Origin: Eledone cirrhosa
Lineage: Eukaryota
Reading direction: 5' to 3'
Length of the DNA stretch: 64,000 nucleotides
NCBI GenBank assembly: GCA_964016885.1
Contig: OZ024741.1
Location: 62,000,001 to 62,064,000, forward strand
Part shown: one piece after another, positions 14,071 through 28,298 of the stretch
Position numbering within the stretch: position 1 is the first letter of the stretch
How the letters are laid out: each line of letters starts with the position of its first letter
Position numbers and translations under genes: made by a program
The notes under the pieces: generated by a model
Seen by the model: the letters and a program-made list of their open reading frames with translations, nothing else
What the model was told of the DNA's origin: nothing
Databases searched by the model: none

Positions 14071-14711
14071 ACATGTAATTCAAATTGCCAGATTTTTCAC
14101 ACACTGTGTTGTATTGAATTTCCCTGAGAACAAGGTTTTATGTTATACATGTATGCGGAATGTCCATCCACTTGCACCTTAGGTTTACGAACAGTCTGGT
14201 CCGTTAACTGAACAATTGGAACGATCGTTGTCGGACCTCATAGAGTTCCAACAATTTCTTGTCCGTTGCATTAGAGCGGCGGTTGGTATGATGTATGATT
14301 ATGATAGGGATGAGAATTAGAGATGAAAGTGTTTTCGTTACAGATATTGTTATACTTACACCAGTCACATTATCATAAGTATTTATTGTATTTTACGAGA
14401 AGCAAAATGTTATTTCATAGAGAGAGTTTTACATTCAGTTTAAAACTTAATGGCAAAAAAATGTTGAGTCTATTTTCATGTCTGAAATTCTTTCTCTGAT
14501 TATTGAATTATTTTAACTTTTAATCAAATATATATATCTATAAACACCTTCCACGGTATCTTCAGATTGAATTAAAATATATCTAATATATGTGTTTGGA
14601 GGGAAATAGTTTAATGAATATTAGAAGAAAAACTTGGTCGTGAAATAAATTTGTCTGAGCATTCTACAAGTACGGCGTGTGGTTTTCATACTTCTGTCTT
14701 TCTCTCCCAAT

Positions 14712-14786
<75 letters not shown>

Positions 14787-14793
<7 letters not shown>

Positions 14794-14904
14794 GTTTGAA
14801 GTTAGAAGGCCAAAACAATGCAGGTATGGATATGCATTGTTCTGGCCTTCTAACTTTCAAACGTTTATACCTCACTACGCAATGCTTCAAGTAAAATACC
14901 ATTT

Positions 14905-14908
<4 letters not shown>
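14787..14908. repeat. Small fold-back insertion between (TA)n tracts
   Basis: tataaacgtttgaagttagaaggcc...ggccttctaactttcaaacgtttata hairpin at 14787-14869. Confidence 0.75.
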
Positions 14909-14984
<76 letters not shown>

Positions 14985-15098
14985 AAGAATATTTCATATA
15001 TATATATATACCCGTAACTCCTGTTAGTGTCGTAGAGACCTAGAGGCGTTTCTTGGGGATTTTTTAAAACCTTGCTGAAACCATCCCCTCTCCAAGTC

Positions 15099-15153
<55 letters not shown>

Positions 15154-15164
15154 TATGAAGGAAG

Positions 15165-15315
15165 AATTGACCCCCAGTACTGGACTGGTACATTTTTTCA
15201 ACCTGAAAGGTAACGATGACCTCGGCGTGATATGAACTCAGAGTGTGGAGGGACGGAACAAATGCCGTAAAGCATTCCGTCCGAAGTTCTAGTAACTTCG
15301 CCGTTCCGCCGCCTT
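15165..15315 (-). mobile_element. tRNA-derived SINE
   Basis: gacccccagtactggactggtac...tgaactcaga...ccgccgcc. Confidence 0.65.
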
Positions 15316-15342
15316 CATATATATATATATATTTACACACAG

Positions 15343-15370
<28 letters not shown>

Positions 15371-15375
<5 letters not shown>

Positions 15376-16043
15376 AATGAAAGTTAGAGTTAATAACTTT
15401 TACTGAAACCCTGTAATGAATAAGCTCCAAGCATAAATACTGAGCATTATAATAATAATATATATGTAGTAAGAAACACAGTAAACCGTGTGTCTAATAT
15501 TACGAGGGTTGAAAGACCACATTTGTTTGAAAAAGTTAACCATGAAGCAGACAGAATGATAAAATAAAATAAAATTATATTATACAAACCGCCTATGCTC
15601 GGAGCTTATTCATTAGAGGGTTTCAGTAAGAGTTATTAACTCTAACTTTCATTTATATTTAGGCTCCCTCATGAGGTGAGCTTATTAAGTTGCGTGTGTT
15701 GGACTGTTGTTTCTAACCAATGCACTCATACCACTTTTGACTTGCGGCGCACGAGGTGATAGATTCATCTTTCTGTTTGAACGTTAGTACTATTGTGTTT
15801 GTCGCATTTAATCAGATTCTCTCGCTGATGATGCCCTGGATTATCTGTTGCAAACACACTCTGGGCGAAACAGATTATCCCTAATCTGTCCGAGAGATAT
15901 AATTGTTATTGAGGCGGTTTGTATAATATAATTTTATTTTATCATTCTGACTGCTTCATGGTTAAATTTTTCAAACAAATGTGGTCTTTCAACCCACGTA
16001 ATATTAGACACACGGTTTACTGTGTTTCTTACTACATATATAT

Positions 16044-16050
<7 letters not shown>
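15371..16050 (+). mobile_element. Second retrozyme-like family (~470-nt unit) with inverted 5' arm, in (TA)n
   Basis: Inverted arm 15371-15594 and forward arm 15594-16050 carrying a canonical hammerhead. Confidence 0.75.
15818..15897 (+). ncRNA. Canonical type I hammerhead ribozyme (predicted GUC cleavage after 15890)
   Basis: TCTCTCG CTGATGA T GCCC...GGGC GAAA CAGATTA tccc TAATCTG TC CGAGAGA; all three stems pair. Confidence 0.9.
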
Positions 16051-16108
<58 letters not shown>

Positions 16109-16381
16109 CTTTATTATTATCTCCAAATTATTTGTCGAGCAATATTGGCCATGACTGCTGCTACGGTTGTAGGCAGGCCGCTGTCTTATTAGCAAACCAC
16201 TTTCCACTGATTGACCTCGATGTCACGTGTTCGATTCTTTTTGAATTCGCCACAGACGTAGAGGCAGTGATTTCTCAATGGCTTGGAATTCAGTCCACGC
16301 TTCGCTATTTCCTATCCACTGAATTATTTTTTAATAAGTTTCCAGTGTCCTCGCTTTGCCTGGAAACTTACATGAGAATAG

Positions 16382-16464
16382 ACCTTCCTGGCGACGGAAT
16401 GCTTCTATATATTATTCTTCGGAAAATATATTTACTCCATTCCAGAAACTAATTAGTTGGAAGT
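16382..16464 (+). ncRNA. Hammerhead, second copy of the 10119-10202 family (core variant CTGGCGA)
   Basis: ACCTTC CTGGCGA C GGAATG...CATTCC A GAAA CTAATTAG TT GGAAGT; downstream flank to 16515 is nearly identical to the reverse complement of 10068-10170. Confidence 0.65.
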
Positions 16465-16633
16465 GATATTTTAGTAAGTAAGTTAATTTTATAATTTTCT
16501 TATTTTACGTCTCTTATATTATTGTTCTGCAACCCCATGCATTGAACCACACTGTTATTAAGACAAAACCTATATATTTGCTAGCATTGATATGCATCTG
16601 TATGTATATATATGTTACTAGATATGGATTCTT

Positions 16634-16790
<157 letters not shown>

Positions 16791-16815
16791 TGTGTGTATT
16801 ACTCAGAGTAAAACT

Positions 16816-16868
<53 letters not shown>

Positions 16869-17411
16869 AAGAATGTATGTGTATATATAAATATATATGA
16901 CTTAAGAAAAAAGAGATGGGGAGCTGCGTTTGTCACCAGTGATATTTTAATATTGGCAGCAAGTACAAGACTCTTTGGTCATCGGTCGTTGAAAGAGGTG
17001 TACATAGTTTCGACCAAGCACCATCCGAGAACTTAGTGCCTGACGAAATAGTGAAACACTCTCCTTGGAGTAATATGAAGAAAACAATTCAACACAAAAG
17101 TTAAGTGCATGGAATAAATTGTACGACATCTAAAGCGTACAATACATGACGAAAAAGGTCAGTTAGACCTGGAGACAAAGGTACACAGAGCGACACACAG
17201 AGAATGTAACACTCGGAGAAGAAACTTTTGGCTTGTTTTAACACACCAAGATGAAAGCGGACGTGACTCTTCTCATCTTCTTTTGGTAAATTATCTATTT
17301 TACCACGATGTCTCTTCTATCACACGACATTTGTTACATCCTTTCGTCTTGGTCTCTTCCACAACATATTATATATACATATATAAAAATGCATATATAT
17401 ATATATATATG

Positions 17412-17469
17412 GGCGGTGCCCCAGCATGGCCTCAGCCGGATGGCTGAAACAGGTAAAAGAGTAAAAGAG

Positions 17470-17472
<3 letters not shown>
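17412..17472 (+). mobile_element. SINE 3' tail fragment
   Basis: gccccagcatggc...gaaac..taaaagagtaaaagagt; similar copy at 42085-42140. Confidence 0.55.
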
Positions 17473-17526
<54 letters not shown>

Positions 17527-17552
17527 GAGTGCTCTATGAAGGCTACAGAGCT

Positions 17553-17739
17553 TATTAGTTATGTAATAAACAACAAAAGATAATTATTACATTTACCAGT
17601 GGTTTCTTGAAGGCAGATATTCATATCTGTCTTCAGTCGTCACATTTATTCATTCTGACGACTGAAGACAAATATAAATATCTGCCTTCAAGAAACCACT
17701 GATAAATGTAATAATTATCTTATGTTGTTTATTGCATAA

Positions 17740-17745
<6 letters not shown>
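17553..17745. mobile_element. Palindromic hammerhead-bearing insertion in (TA)n
   Basis: ~90-bp inverted arms around a 13-nt spacer. Confidence 0.8.
17645..17712 (+). ncRNA. Type I hammerhead ribozyme
   Basis: CATT CTGACGA C TGAAG..CTTCA A GAAA CCACTG(A/G) TA AATG; the inverted arm preserves ACCACTGGT stem III and a GUA triplet. Confidence 0.75.
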
Positions 17746-17774
<29 letters not shown>

Positions 17775-17784
<10 letters not shown>

Positions 17785-17990
17785 TAGAAGTTTCCACCGT
17801 ATTTTTTGTGGAAATAAATGTTAGCCTGTCAGTGGGGTATAGAACTCTGAAGGAATTGGAAGAAAATGAGTATTGACGTACATGTACGTCAATATTCATC
17901 TTTTTCCTTTTCTTTTATGGCTCTAAACCTGACTGCCAGGCTAAAATTTATTTAGTCAAAAAAATACTGCGAAAGCTTCTATTTCTAATT
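17775..17990. repeat. Old degenerate palindrome centred on gacgtacatgtacgtc
   Basis: ttagaaatagaag at the left end, cttctatttctaa at the right end, perfect central palindrome. Confidence 0.6.
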
Positions 17991-18028
17991 TTAAAATTCG
18001 CTCGCTGTTTCAAAAACATACTGACTTG

Positions 18029-18100
<72 letters not shown>

Positions 18101-18903
18101 ATATATCTATATATATATATATATATACATACATCTTATTTCCCCCTTCCCCACCTTGTATCAAACAGTCTGTTTAACTTCAATTGAGCATTCAACACAC
18201 TATAGCCACAGAACCACAGCTAGAGCTTGAAAAGCGAGTGGTGCGTTAAGCACAGTGAGGCCGAAGCAAGCTCTAGACACAGAACCCCAGCTAGATATTT
18301 CTTAGCGAGCGTTGCTTGTTCTACATTGTATCTTCTTGTTCGCAAAACCAGAAAGAATAATTTTTCTTCTTGGCGTGAGGAAATTGAACTCTGGTCAGTC
18401 TTTGCCAATTAAAATTAGCAAGTACACAATTATATAATCAACAGTTGCACACTCAACCAGCAAGACTGTCCGCGAGTCTTAATATTTTTGAAAGTTATAT
18501 TACAAATATTGACTTTTAGAATCTTTATGGTCTTACCTACTTCACACGTATGTATTGGGTTGCGAAAATATTTTACATCGTTGATTACTGGGTTATTCAT
18601 CAATTATTAAAACGAAAATTTCTAACGCATTGCCTTCATCATCCCCCGGAGAAACGACTTCTCCATTCTGTCCGCTGGGGCTGTTGGGAGGCCAGCACGT
18701 GGGACCCCATTTGCTCACCATACAGAGAGATGGAGAGGGCCAGAGAAATAGAGGCGATGAGAGTGGGAGTTCGACTGACTGATTCTTGTAGCATTCATTT
18801 GCCGTTGCCACATTATATCCTGTTGACGATAAGCCATGTTGCTCAAAACTAAAATTTACCTTTATTTATTGAATTATTTTCATTCTTATCTGTACAAATA
18901 ACT

Positions 18904-18975
<72 letters not shown>

Positions 18976-18976
18976 C

Positions 18977-19072
<96 letters not shown>

Positions 19073-19304
19073 ATATATATATATTTATTAAAATAACAGA
19101 TTATAAATATTTGCTCAAGGGTTCTTATATATTTGATATACAGTATATTTATCCTTATTGAGCCATCTTTGGATTTTAGTCTTCCCATTTATAATTATTA
19201 CTATATATAAATATAACCAAATATTAATATGGTTCATTGATTACTCAATGAATATAGTTTTACAATAGATTAAAAGCACTCTACATAAAAGTTTTCTGGA
19301 GTTA

Positions 19305-19520
19305 TTATTATTCAGAATAATAATAAATGAAGACATTCACATAATCAAAATATAAGTTTTATTATATATATTTCGAAGGTACTGTGCTGTTTTTTCTGTA
19401 CATGTATTTTATCTGACGAGTACGTACTGAAAAAACAGCACAGTACCTTCGAAATATATATAATAAAACATATTTTGATTATGTGAATGTCTTCATTTAT
19501 TATTATTCTGAATAATATAT
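19305..19520. mobile_element. Palindromic hammerhead-bearing insertion
   Basis: Arms ~19305-19396 and ~19429-19520 are reverse complements. Confidence 0.8.
19407..19468 (+). ncRNA. Type I hammerhead ribozyme
   Basis: TTTTAT CTGACGA G..GTACTG..CAGTAC..C GAAA TATATA TA ATAAAA. Confidence 0.75.
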
Positions 19521-19537
19521 ATAAATATATATATATG

Positions 19538-19620
<83 letters not shown>

Positions 19621-20449
19621 ATATAAAGAGAGAGAGAGAGAGATGGACGGACTGACTGACAGATATTCATAGATATGCTCGTGAGTGTTGTACAATATAG
19701 CCTATTATACATCATCTTCTACCTTGCATTTTAGCCTCACTTTGCCGGTTTCTCATAATATCAGTTTTAGTAACTAGAAGAAAATCGAAATATATAGGTG
19801 TCTCTACCGCCAGTACACATAATATTGAGAACATTTATTCATATTATCTATGAATATGATAACTGCAACTGTTGATTGGTATATCTCTTATATCAGATGA
19901 TTTAAAAAAGTATATTTCTTGTATTTGCACATCTAAATATCAGAATAGTTTCCAGCATATTTTTTTTCTTATCTTTAGCCTTAAATATGTTCATTCCATT
20001 CGGAAAATTAATTTTCATAGCAATGTTTTGCTGGATCCTAATTAAGTAAATGTGTGAAAATCTTTTTTTTTTTTTTCGTTTCTTATATTTCATTTGTTCT
20101 AAGGAATGAAGTATCCGAACTATTTTATCTAATTAACGTCTGCCATATTGATATTTTGTTATTTGGATCAGCTTTTAAAGAACAATTAATTCATTCGGGT
20201 TTTTCACAGCTCATTTTAGCATTATCTTCATTGGACTGGAAAAAAATTAGCGTGGAATAATGGCTGGACATCTTCTATGAAGTAACGCATAATTCTATTT
20301 ATTTATATCTTGAAAAAATAATCAAACAAATTTTAGATCAAATTAAATAATCGATTTGGTTATTAAATTATATATAATCTAATGGAATGTCTAAAATAAG
20401 ACAATCAGCAACTTTCAAATCATTAATCAGAGTAATAAGAATATTAATA

Positions 20450-20660
20450 GTTGTTTCTACTTTAGGCACAAGGCCAGCAATTTGAAGGGGAGGGGTAGAC
20501 GATTAAATCGACCACAGTGTATTACTGGTGCTTTATTTCATTGACCCCGTAAGGATGAAAGGCAAAGCTAACATCGGGTGGATTTAAATTCAGAACTCAG
20601 AAAGGGCCGTACCTCTATGCTACAAAGCATGGTGTCAGATGTTCTACCGATACTGCTATT
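20450..20660 (-). mobile_element. tRNA-derived SINE
   Basis: gtttctactttaggcacaaggccagcaattt...gaccccgtaaggatgaaaggcaaag. Confidence 0.75.
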
Positions 20661-20945
20661 CCAAATATGAATAGACATCTTGCGTTATCCTATCCTATGT
20701 CTTACATTGTACTTAAACCACATTTTATGAGAAATGGACCCAGCATAGCCGCTTGTTTCAAAGGTAACCTTCGCTATCATTAGCTTCGGGCACTATCTCT
20801 CTGTATGGCAAATTCTTTTTCCGTCTTTTAAGGTTGGTCACCCTATTTTATAAGGTATTTTTACAGCATTTCTGCGCTTAAGCATTTCCTTTACCCTTAT
20901 ATAATTACATATATTCCTATCTGTTTTTTTTCTGTTCAAATTCTA

Positions 20946-21004
20946 GCTGCCTGATGAGGTCATAGCTATTGCATAATGTTTATCACCGAAATATATGTAA
21001 TAGC
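20946..21004 (+). ncRNA. Hammerhead ribozyme (slightly decayed stem I) upstream of AATAAA and (TA)n
   Basis: GCTGC CTGATGA GGT...ACC GAAA TATATG TA ATAGC. Confidence 0.6.
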
Positions 21005-21052
21005 AATTATGAATAAAGGAAGTTAATTTTAACTTGTTGACTTACACGTCTT

Positions 21053-21116
<64 letters not shown>

Positions 21117-21737
21117 TATATATAGAGAGAGAGAGAGAAAGAGAGAGTGATACGCATACATGCGCAACGATATATGGTGTCTGTAGGTATGTTTCTCATT
21201 TTGTGAATCTGAATGTATTTCTTTGTATAATTTTCAATTGTTTTTATCTTGAATTCCAAAGTCATCAGCTTAACCAATATACGCCATTTGTTCTCGCACC
21301 AAATCTCTCATTAATTCTCAGCGAAACTCCATACAGGCTGAAAATGAAAGTTGCGCACAGTGACAATTGTTCAACCTAGTTGTAAATATTCTGATATTTC
21401 TGTCCTTCTTTTCTCATCATAAATACTTCCACTCCGTTGGACGTAAAATTTCCAGTAGGATGACTAATATAATGTGTGCAATCTCTCTACTTCTTGGCAA
21501 TATTAGAAAGTTTTCTTTTGTTGTTGTTTAGCTGCTTTCGAACCGTTTTAAACATTCACTTTCGCTTCAAAAGATAAAAATATAATGAGATGATACGTAA
21601 GTTTTCATGAAGATATACTTTAACGTGTTTCCTAGACTTAATTCTTATTATAATCTAGTACACACGAGCCAACAACAATGCAAACACGCACATACGTTCA
21701 CACTCACACACACAGGGCTTAAATGCATATACACACG

Positions 21738-21774
<37 letters not shown>

Positions 21775-22055
21775 ACACACACACACAAACCCCATACACA
21801 CACAGACCACACACACACACACACACACGTATATATATATATAATTTTTTTTTTCTCACGAGTCAGTTCTTTCGTTACTACGGACCCGCGGCTGAATTAC
21901 CGGTCTTCATTTTGCAAAGCCCTTTAAACTGTATGTTATTACTTTGAGGTCCTATACCTTGTCGAGTGCCTTGGCTGCACTGCTGAAAGTATTCGTCGGC
22001 TTAGCTGAGGTTCTGGCTTCGAATATGCTGTACTACCATTTATATATATATATTA

Positions 22056-22128
<73 letters not shown>

Positions 22129-22804
22129 TATATAAATATATATATACATACACTCATATATATATATGATATATATATATGTGTGTGTGTGTGTGTATGT
22201 ATATATATATATTTATATGTATATATACATAATATATATATATAGGTTTCTTGGTGAGGAGGGTGACTTTGGACATCCTGCAGGACTAAAAACAAAACCT
22301 GTCAAAGGGCAAAGGAGCTCTTAAGAGTCAATGGCCATCCAAAATCACCGGGAGAGATGACCCCTTAGCCTTTGTGAAGGCAGAATGCTAGGAGAAGGAA
22401 AATTCTGATATAGCACCTGCAACCCTGATGGTATCCAATGATGTTGACTTGTTCTTCTTTTTGGTAAATATCTCTTGGTTAAGAGAGTGGGGACTGGCTT
22501 TGTGCAGTGCATTTGCTCACTATAAAAGCTTCACAGCACAGGCATTGCTTTATATCTGGAGATCTCTCTGCACTTGTCGTCACGTGGTACCATGGGCCCA
22601 GCACTATGTGTCAATAATTGTCACAAGTGTAGTGTTTGTACCAGAGTTTTCAAGTCGCTGGCTCGACTAAAACGTCACACTCGTTCAGCGCATCGGTAGG
22701 GGTTCTCCTACATGGATATAAATTAGTGGCCGTACTCGAAAAAGAGTTGGCAGCCACCATATATATATGTATATGTATGTATGTATATAATAATATATGA
22801 CATA

Positions 22805-23599
<795 letters not shown>

Positions 23600-23624
23600 A
23601 AAGAATAGAGGTGTAACACACAAG

Positions 23625-24022
23625 TTATTATATATTGGTAAACGGAATAGAAAATGCTGACAAATTGTTCACAGTTGAAAAATGGTTTAATTAGGAATAA
23701 AAGAGTATTAGTGATTGTATGGGTTAGTATTCAGTTGTGGTTTTAAGTTTTTAAGTTTTTACCGGTTGCGCATTTCTAAATGCTTTTCAAAAATAATTTT
23801 GAGATAGAGTGTCCGTGCTGTTTGCTCTGATCAGAGCAAACAGCACGGACACTCTATCTCAAAATTATTTTTGAAAAGCATTTAGAAATGCGCAACCGGT
23901 AAAAACTTAAAAACTTAAAACCACAACTGAATACTAACCCATACAATCACTAATACTCTTTTATTCCTAATTAAACCATTTTTCAACTGTGAACAATTTG
24001 TCAGCATTTTCTATTCCGTTTA

Positions 24023-24030
<8 letters not shown>
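23625..24030. mobile_element. Perfect ~400-bp palindrome between (TA)n tracts
   Basis: Centre gctctga|tcagagc at 23830/23831; no mismatches seen between arms. Confidence 0.85.
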
Positions 24031-24061
<31 letters not shown>

Positions 24062-24065
<4 letters not shown>

Positions 24066-25802
24066 TAATAAAATAAAGAAACAGTTTCTTATATTAAAAA
24101 AATTCATCATTTTACTATCGTTTCTAGGATATATATGTGTTAGAGTTGGTATGCATATTCTATAGATCTATGTACAATATTTATACAAACTATCAGAGGG
24201 AATATACATACCTACACATATATATGCTGTCTTCAGAAATAATGATATTTGTTTATTGAAAAAAACAAAGATTCAATACAATAGGTCTGTTTGGGACCAG
24301 GTTTTGAATTGACCAATAGAGAGATAGTGAGGGTCAGGATAGTAATATAGTAGTAGAAGAACCTTAAATTATGGGTAGAGGAAGGTAGATTTCAGTTTTG
24401 GATGGAAAAGAATATTATGAATGAAGGATTATTTTAGGGAAGAAATAGGTGTTATGCTGAGGTCAGAAATAATTTTATTTTTTCATTGAATAAAACCAAC
24501 AAAGATCTAATATATTCTGTCTGTTTGGTAAGAGGTTTAGAATTAACCAATAGAAAGTTAATAATTGGCCAAATGGTAAAATAGTAGTAATTGAGGCTTA
24601 TTGTAGGGGTGAAAATAGGTCAGGTGGTCAGTAAAAGGTATACAAGCAGTTCCTGTTATAAAATAGTAATGCCAATACAAATATCTAAGGTGACTAAAGT
24701 TTTAAGATAAGAATGTTAGTGAAAAAAATACATCTATGAAAAGAATATAAATTAATTTAATTGATGGGTATATTTATATTGATAAAATTATACTAATACA
24801 TATAGATATGATAAATAAGAGTTAGATGCAGTTGAAAAGTGCTGTTAAAGATGAGGGGAAATTAAAAGAATATAAAAATAATATATATATATATATACTT
24901 ATACATACATATATATACATATATATACACATACACACATACATATATATACATATATATATACACTTATATATATACACATATATTCATACATATACAC
25001 ATACACACACACACACATACACACATACACACATACACACATATACATATACATATATATAGACATATATATACATAGATATATACATGCATATATACAT
25101 ACATACACAAACATATACACACACATATACACTTATATATACATATAATTATTGGGGGCGGGGGTAAATTTATTAGTGAGAAATAGTAAATATATATAGT
25201 TTTCAAGGAACATAGAGTCATAACCTGAAGTTAAAGCATTATATATGTTTACTTAATGGTATCAGTTTTAGGAAATGATATTTGTAAGAAGGAAAGCAAA
25301 ATGATGTAGTTCATCAGTAGTAGAATATTAATTATAGGTTAACTAAATTAAAAATAGTTTATATATTAATTTCAAAAGTGTATATTAATTAGGTTTCTCA
25401 TTTTTAAAGCAGAATTATGTAGGTCATCAGTAGTAGAATATTAATTATAGGTTAACTAAATTAAAAATAATTTATAAATTAATTTCTAAAGTGTATATTA
25501 ATTAGGTTTATAATATTTAAAGGTTTTTCTTAGTTTATGATTACACGATATTATTAATTCCTGTCGCTTATTTAATAGGATATCCTTAGATTTCATTATT
25601 TCAAAATTATCCTATTAAATAGGATATGTGTGTGTATATATATGTGTGCGTATATGTATGTGTATGTATGTATATATGCATGTATATATCTATGTATATA
25701 TATGTCTATATATATGTATATGTATATGTGTGTATGTATGTATGTGTGTATGTGTGTGTGTGTATGTGTATATGTATGAATATATGTGTATATATATAAG
25801 TG

Positions 25803-25837
<35 letters not shown>

Positions 25838-26655
25838 GTGTGTATGTGTATATATATGTATATATATGTATGTATAAGTATATATATATATATTATTTTT
25901 ATATTCTTTTAATTTCCCCTCATCTTTAACAGCACTTTTCAACTGCATCTAACTCTTATTTATCATATCTATATGTATTAGTATAATTTTATCAATATAA
26001 ATATACCCATCAATTAAATTAATTTATATTCTTTTCATAGATGTATTTTTTTCACTAACATTCTTATCTTAAAACTTTAGCCACCTTAGATATTTGTATT
26101 GGCATTACTATTTTATAACAGCAACTGCTTGTATACCTTTTACTGACCACCTGACCTATTTTCACCCCTAAAATAAGCTTCAATTACTACTATTTTACCA
26201 TTTGGCCAATTATTAACTTTCTATTGGTTAATTCTAAACCTCTTACCAAACAGACAGAATATATTAGATCTTTGTTGGTTTTTATTCAATGAAAAAATAA
26301 AATTATTTCTGACCTCAGCATAACACCTATTTCTTCCCTAAAATAATCCTTCATTCATAATATTCTTTTCCATCCAAAACTGAAATCTACCTTCCTCTAC
26401 CCATAATTTAAGGTTCTTCTACTACTATATTACTATCCTGACCCTCTCTATCTCTCTATTGGTCAATTCAAAACCTGTTCCCAAACAGACCTATTGTATT
26501 GAATCTTTTTTTTTTTCAATAAACAAATATCATTATTTCTGAAGACAGCATATATATGTGTAGGTATGTATATTCCCTCTGATAGTTTGTATAAATATTG
26601 TACATAGATCTATAGAATATGCATACCAACTCTAACACATATATATCCTAGAAAC
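24062..26655. mobile_element. Large non-coding inverted element (arms ~24062-25140 on - and ~25627-26655 on +), PLE-type architecture
   Basis: ~1-kb arms are near reverse complements; ~112-bp tandem duplication in the spacer (25307/25419). Confidence 0.8.
24104..24245 (-). ncRNA. Type I hammerhead with ~105-nt extended stem II
   Basis: TCATTATTT CTGAAGA C AG-C-ATATATATGTGT...ACACATATATAT-C-CT A GAAA CGATAG TA AAATGATGA; 9-bp stem I. Confidence 0.75.
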
Positions 26656-26901
26656 CATATGCAATATATAAATATGCAATATATAAACTGAATAACGGTC
26701 AATTTTTGTTTTGTTTTTTGACCAATCTAATTGCGCAATATTTTAAGTAATTTATTAAACGTTTAAACCAACTGTAATTATTCTCCCACTCACGTAACCT
26801 GCTATGTGCTGAGTTTTTTCTAGTCATATGCTTGGTGGTCACCAATCTGTCTAGTTCGATTGGCTACCAGCAAATCATGAAAGATTGTACGTCTCATAAT
26901 G

Positions 26902-26979
26902 TATTTTGTCTGACGAAGACATGTTCTGTTTTATGTTATACATAAAACTTTGCATCTTCGAAATATATATAATGAAATA
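26902..26979 (+). ncRNA. Type I hammerhead ribozyme
   Basis: TATTTTGT CTGACGA AGACATG..GTTTTATGT tat ACATAAAAC..CATCTTC GAAA TATATA TA ATGAAATA. Confidence 0.7.
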
Positions 26980-27020
26980 AATAGATATGATATAAAGCTT
27001 ATATCTTTCGTTTATTACTC

Positions 27021-27230
<210 letters not shown>

Positions 27231-27273
27231 TATATATATATATAAGTATATATATATATATATATATATAAAC

Positions 27274-27339
<66 letters not shown>

Positions 27340-27346
27340 GCACATA

Positions 27347-27433
<87 letters not shown>

Positions 27434-27435
<2 letters not shown>

Positions 27436-27622
27436 CGAAGGAAATGTGGTAAGGAACCAGGTGGACCATAACGCACCAAAGTACTCAATACTTAGGGTAG
27501 TAGAGTGGGTAATAGGAACAAGTAAGACTCCGACGGCTGAGCTCAAGCCGTTTCGACGGCTAATTCTGTACCGAATTAGCCTTCGAAACGGCTTGAGCTC
27601 AGCCGTCGGGGTCTTACTTGTT

Positions 27623-27627
<5 letters not shown>
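27434..27627. mobile_element. Fold-back insertion containing the 3' half of a hammerhead on both strands
   Basis: Palindrome 27512-27627 with GAAA CGGCT tgagctc AGCCG TC; CUGANGA absent. Confidence 0.7.
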
Positions 27628-27687
<60 letters not shown>

Positions 27688-28140
27688 GTATGTGTATATA
27701 GTAAAAAACGAATGATATATACTTTCTATCATCACATTCTCTGTATATATATATCTATGTATGTAGGATATGCATGTATGTATGTATGTATGTTCGTGTG
27801 TGCGTGTGGGTGAGTGGGTGTGGGTGTGTTTGTGTGTGTGTGGTTCGGTGTGTGTTTGTGTGTGTGTTTTTGCAAATTACCAGCTCGACGATTTAATCGG
27901 TTGTAATTTGTTCTTCATACTCAATAGAATTGAGAGTTGGAATAAGTTCATATTCCGATTAAATATCTATTAAAATTTAATAGTTTCATCTGAAATTTCC
28001 ATCTCTCTTATACTTAACTTAACAATATGCATATTATGATAATAACACTCCCAAAAATAGCCGACCGAACACACTGGTGCTTTTTCGCAATATTTCTTCT
28101 TTTCCTTTCTGTCTTTCTAATTTATCTTTTATTTCTCATT

Positions 28141-28185
28141 GTATCTACTGATGAAGGAGCAGTGTCCGAAATATAAAAACTATTT
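28141..28185 (+). ncRNA. Decayed hammerhead core
   Basis: CTGATGA A GGA gcagtg TCC GAAA TATA; stem I does not pair. Confidence 0.4.
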
Positions 28186-28263
28186 TCCTGCTATACCAAG
28201 CGTTGAACTAATATATTTCTCCATTGTACTGTGTTGTTTACTTTGTTGTTTCCGTTTATTTTT

Positions 28264-28297
<34 letters not shown>

Positions 28298-28298
<1 letters not shown>

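Noticed and set aside
21531-21596. Plus-strand exon with strong splice sites
   Set aside because: Stops in all three frames; no support for coding
22690-22762. HDV-like or twister ribozyme
   Set aside because: GGUGGCU/GGCCACU pairing exists but P1.1, P3/L3 and J4/2 are absent, and the pairing is lost in the 8161 copy
25307-25509. CTGATGA on the minus strand in the 112-bp duplication
   Set aside because: No pairing stem I or stem II found
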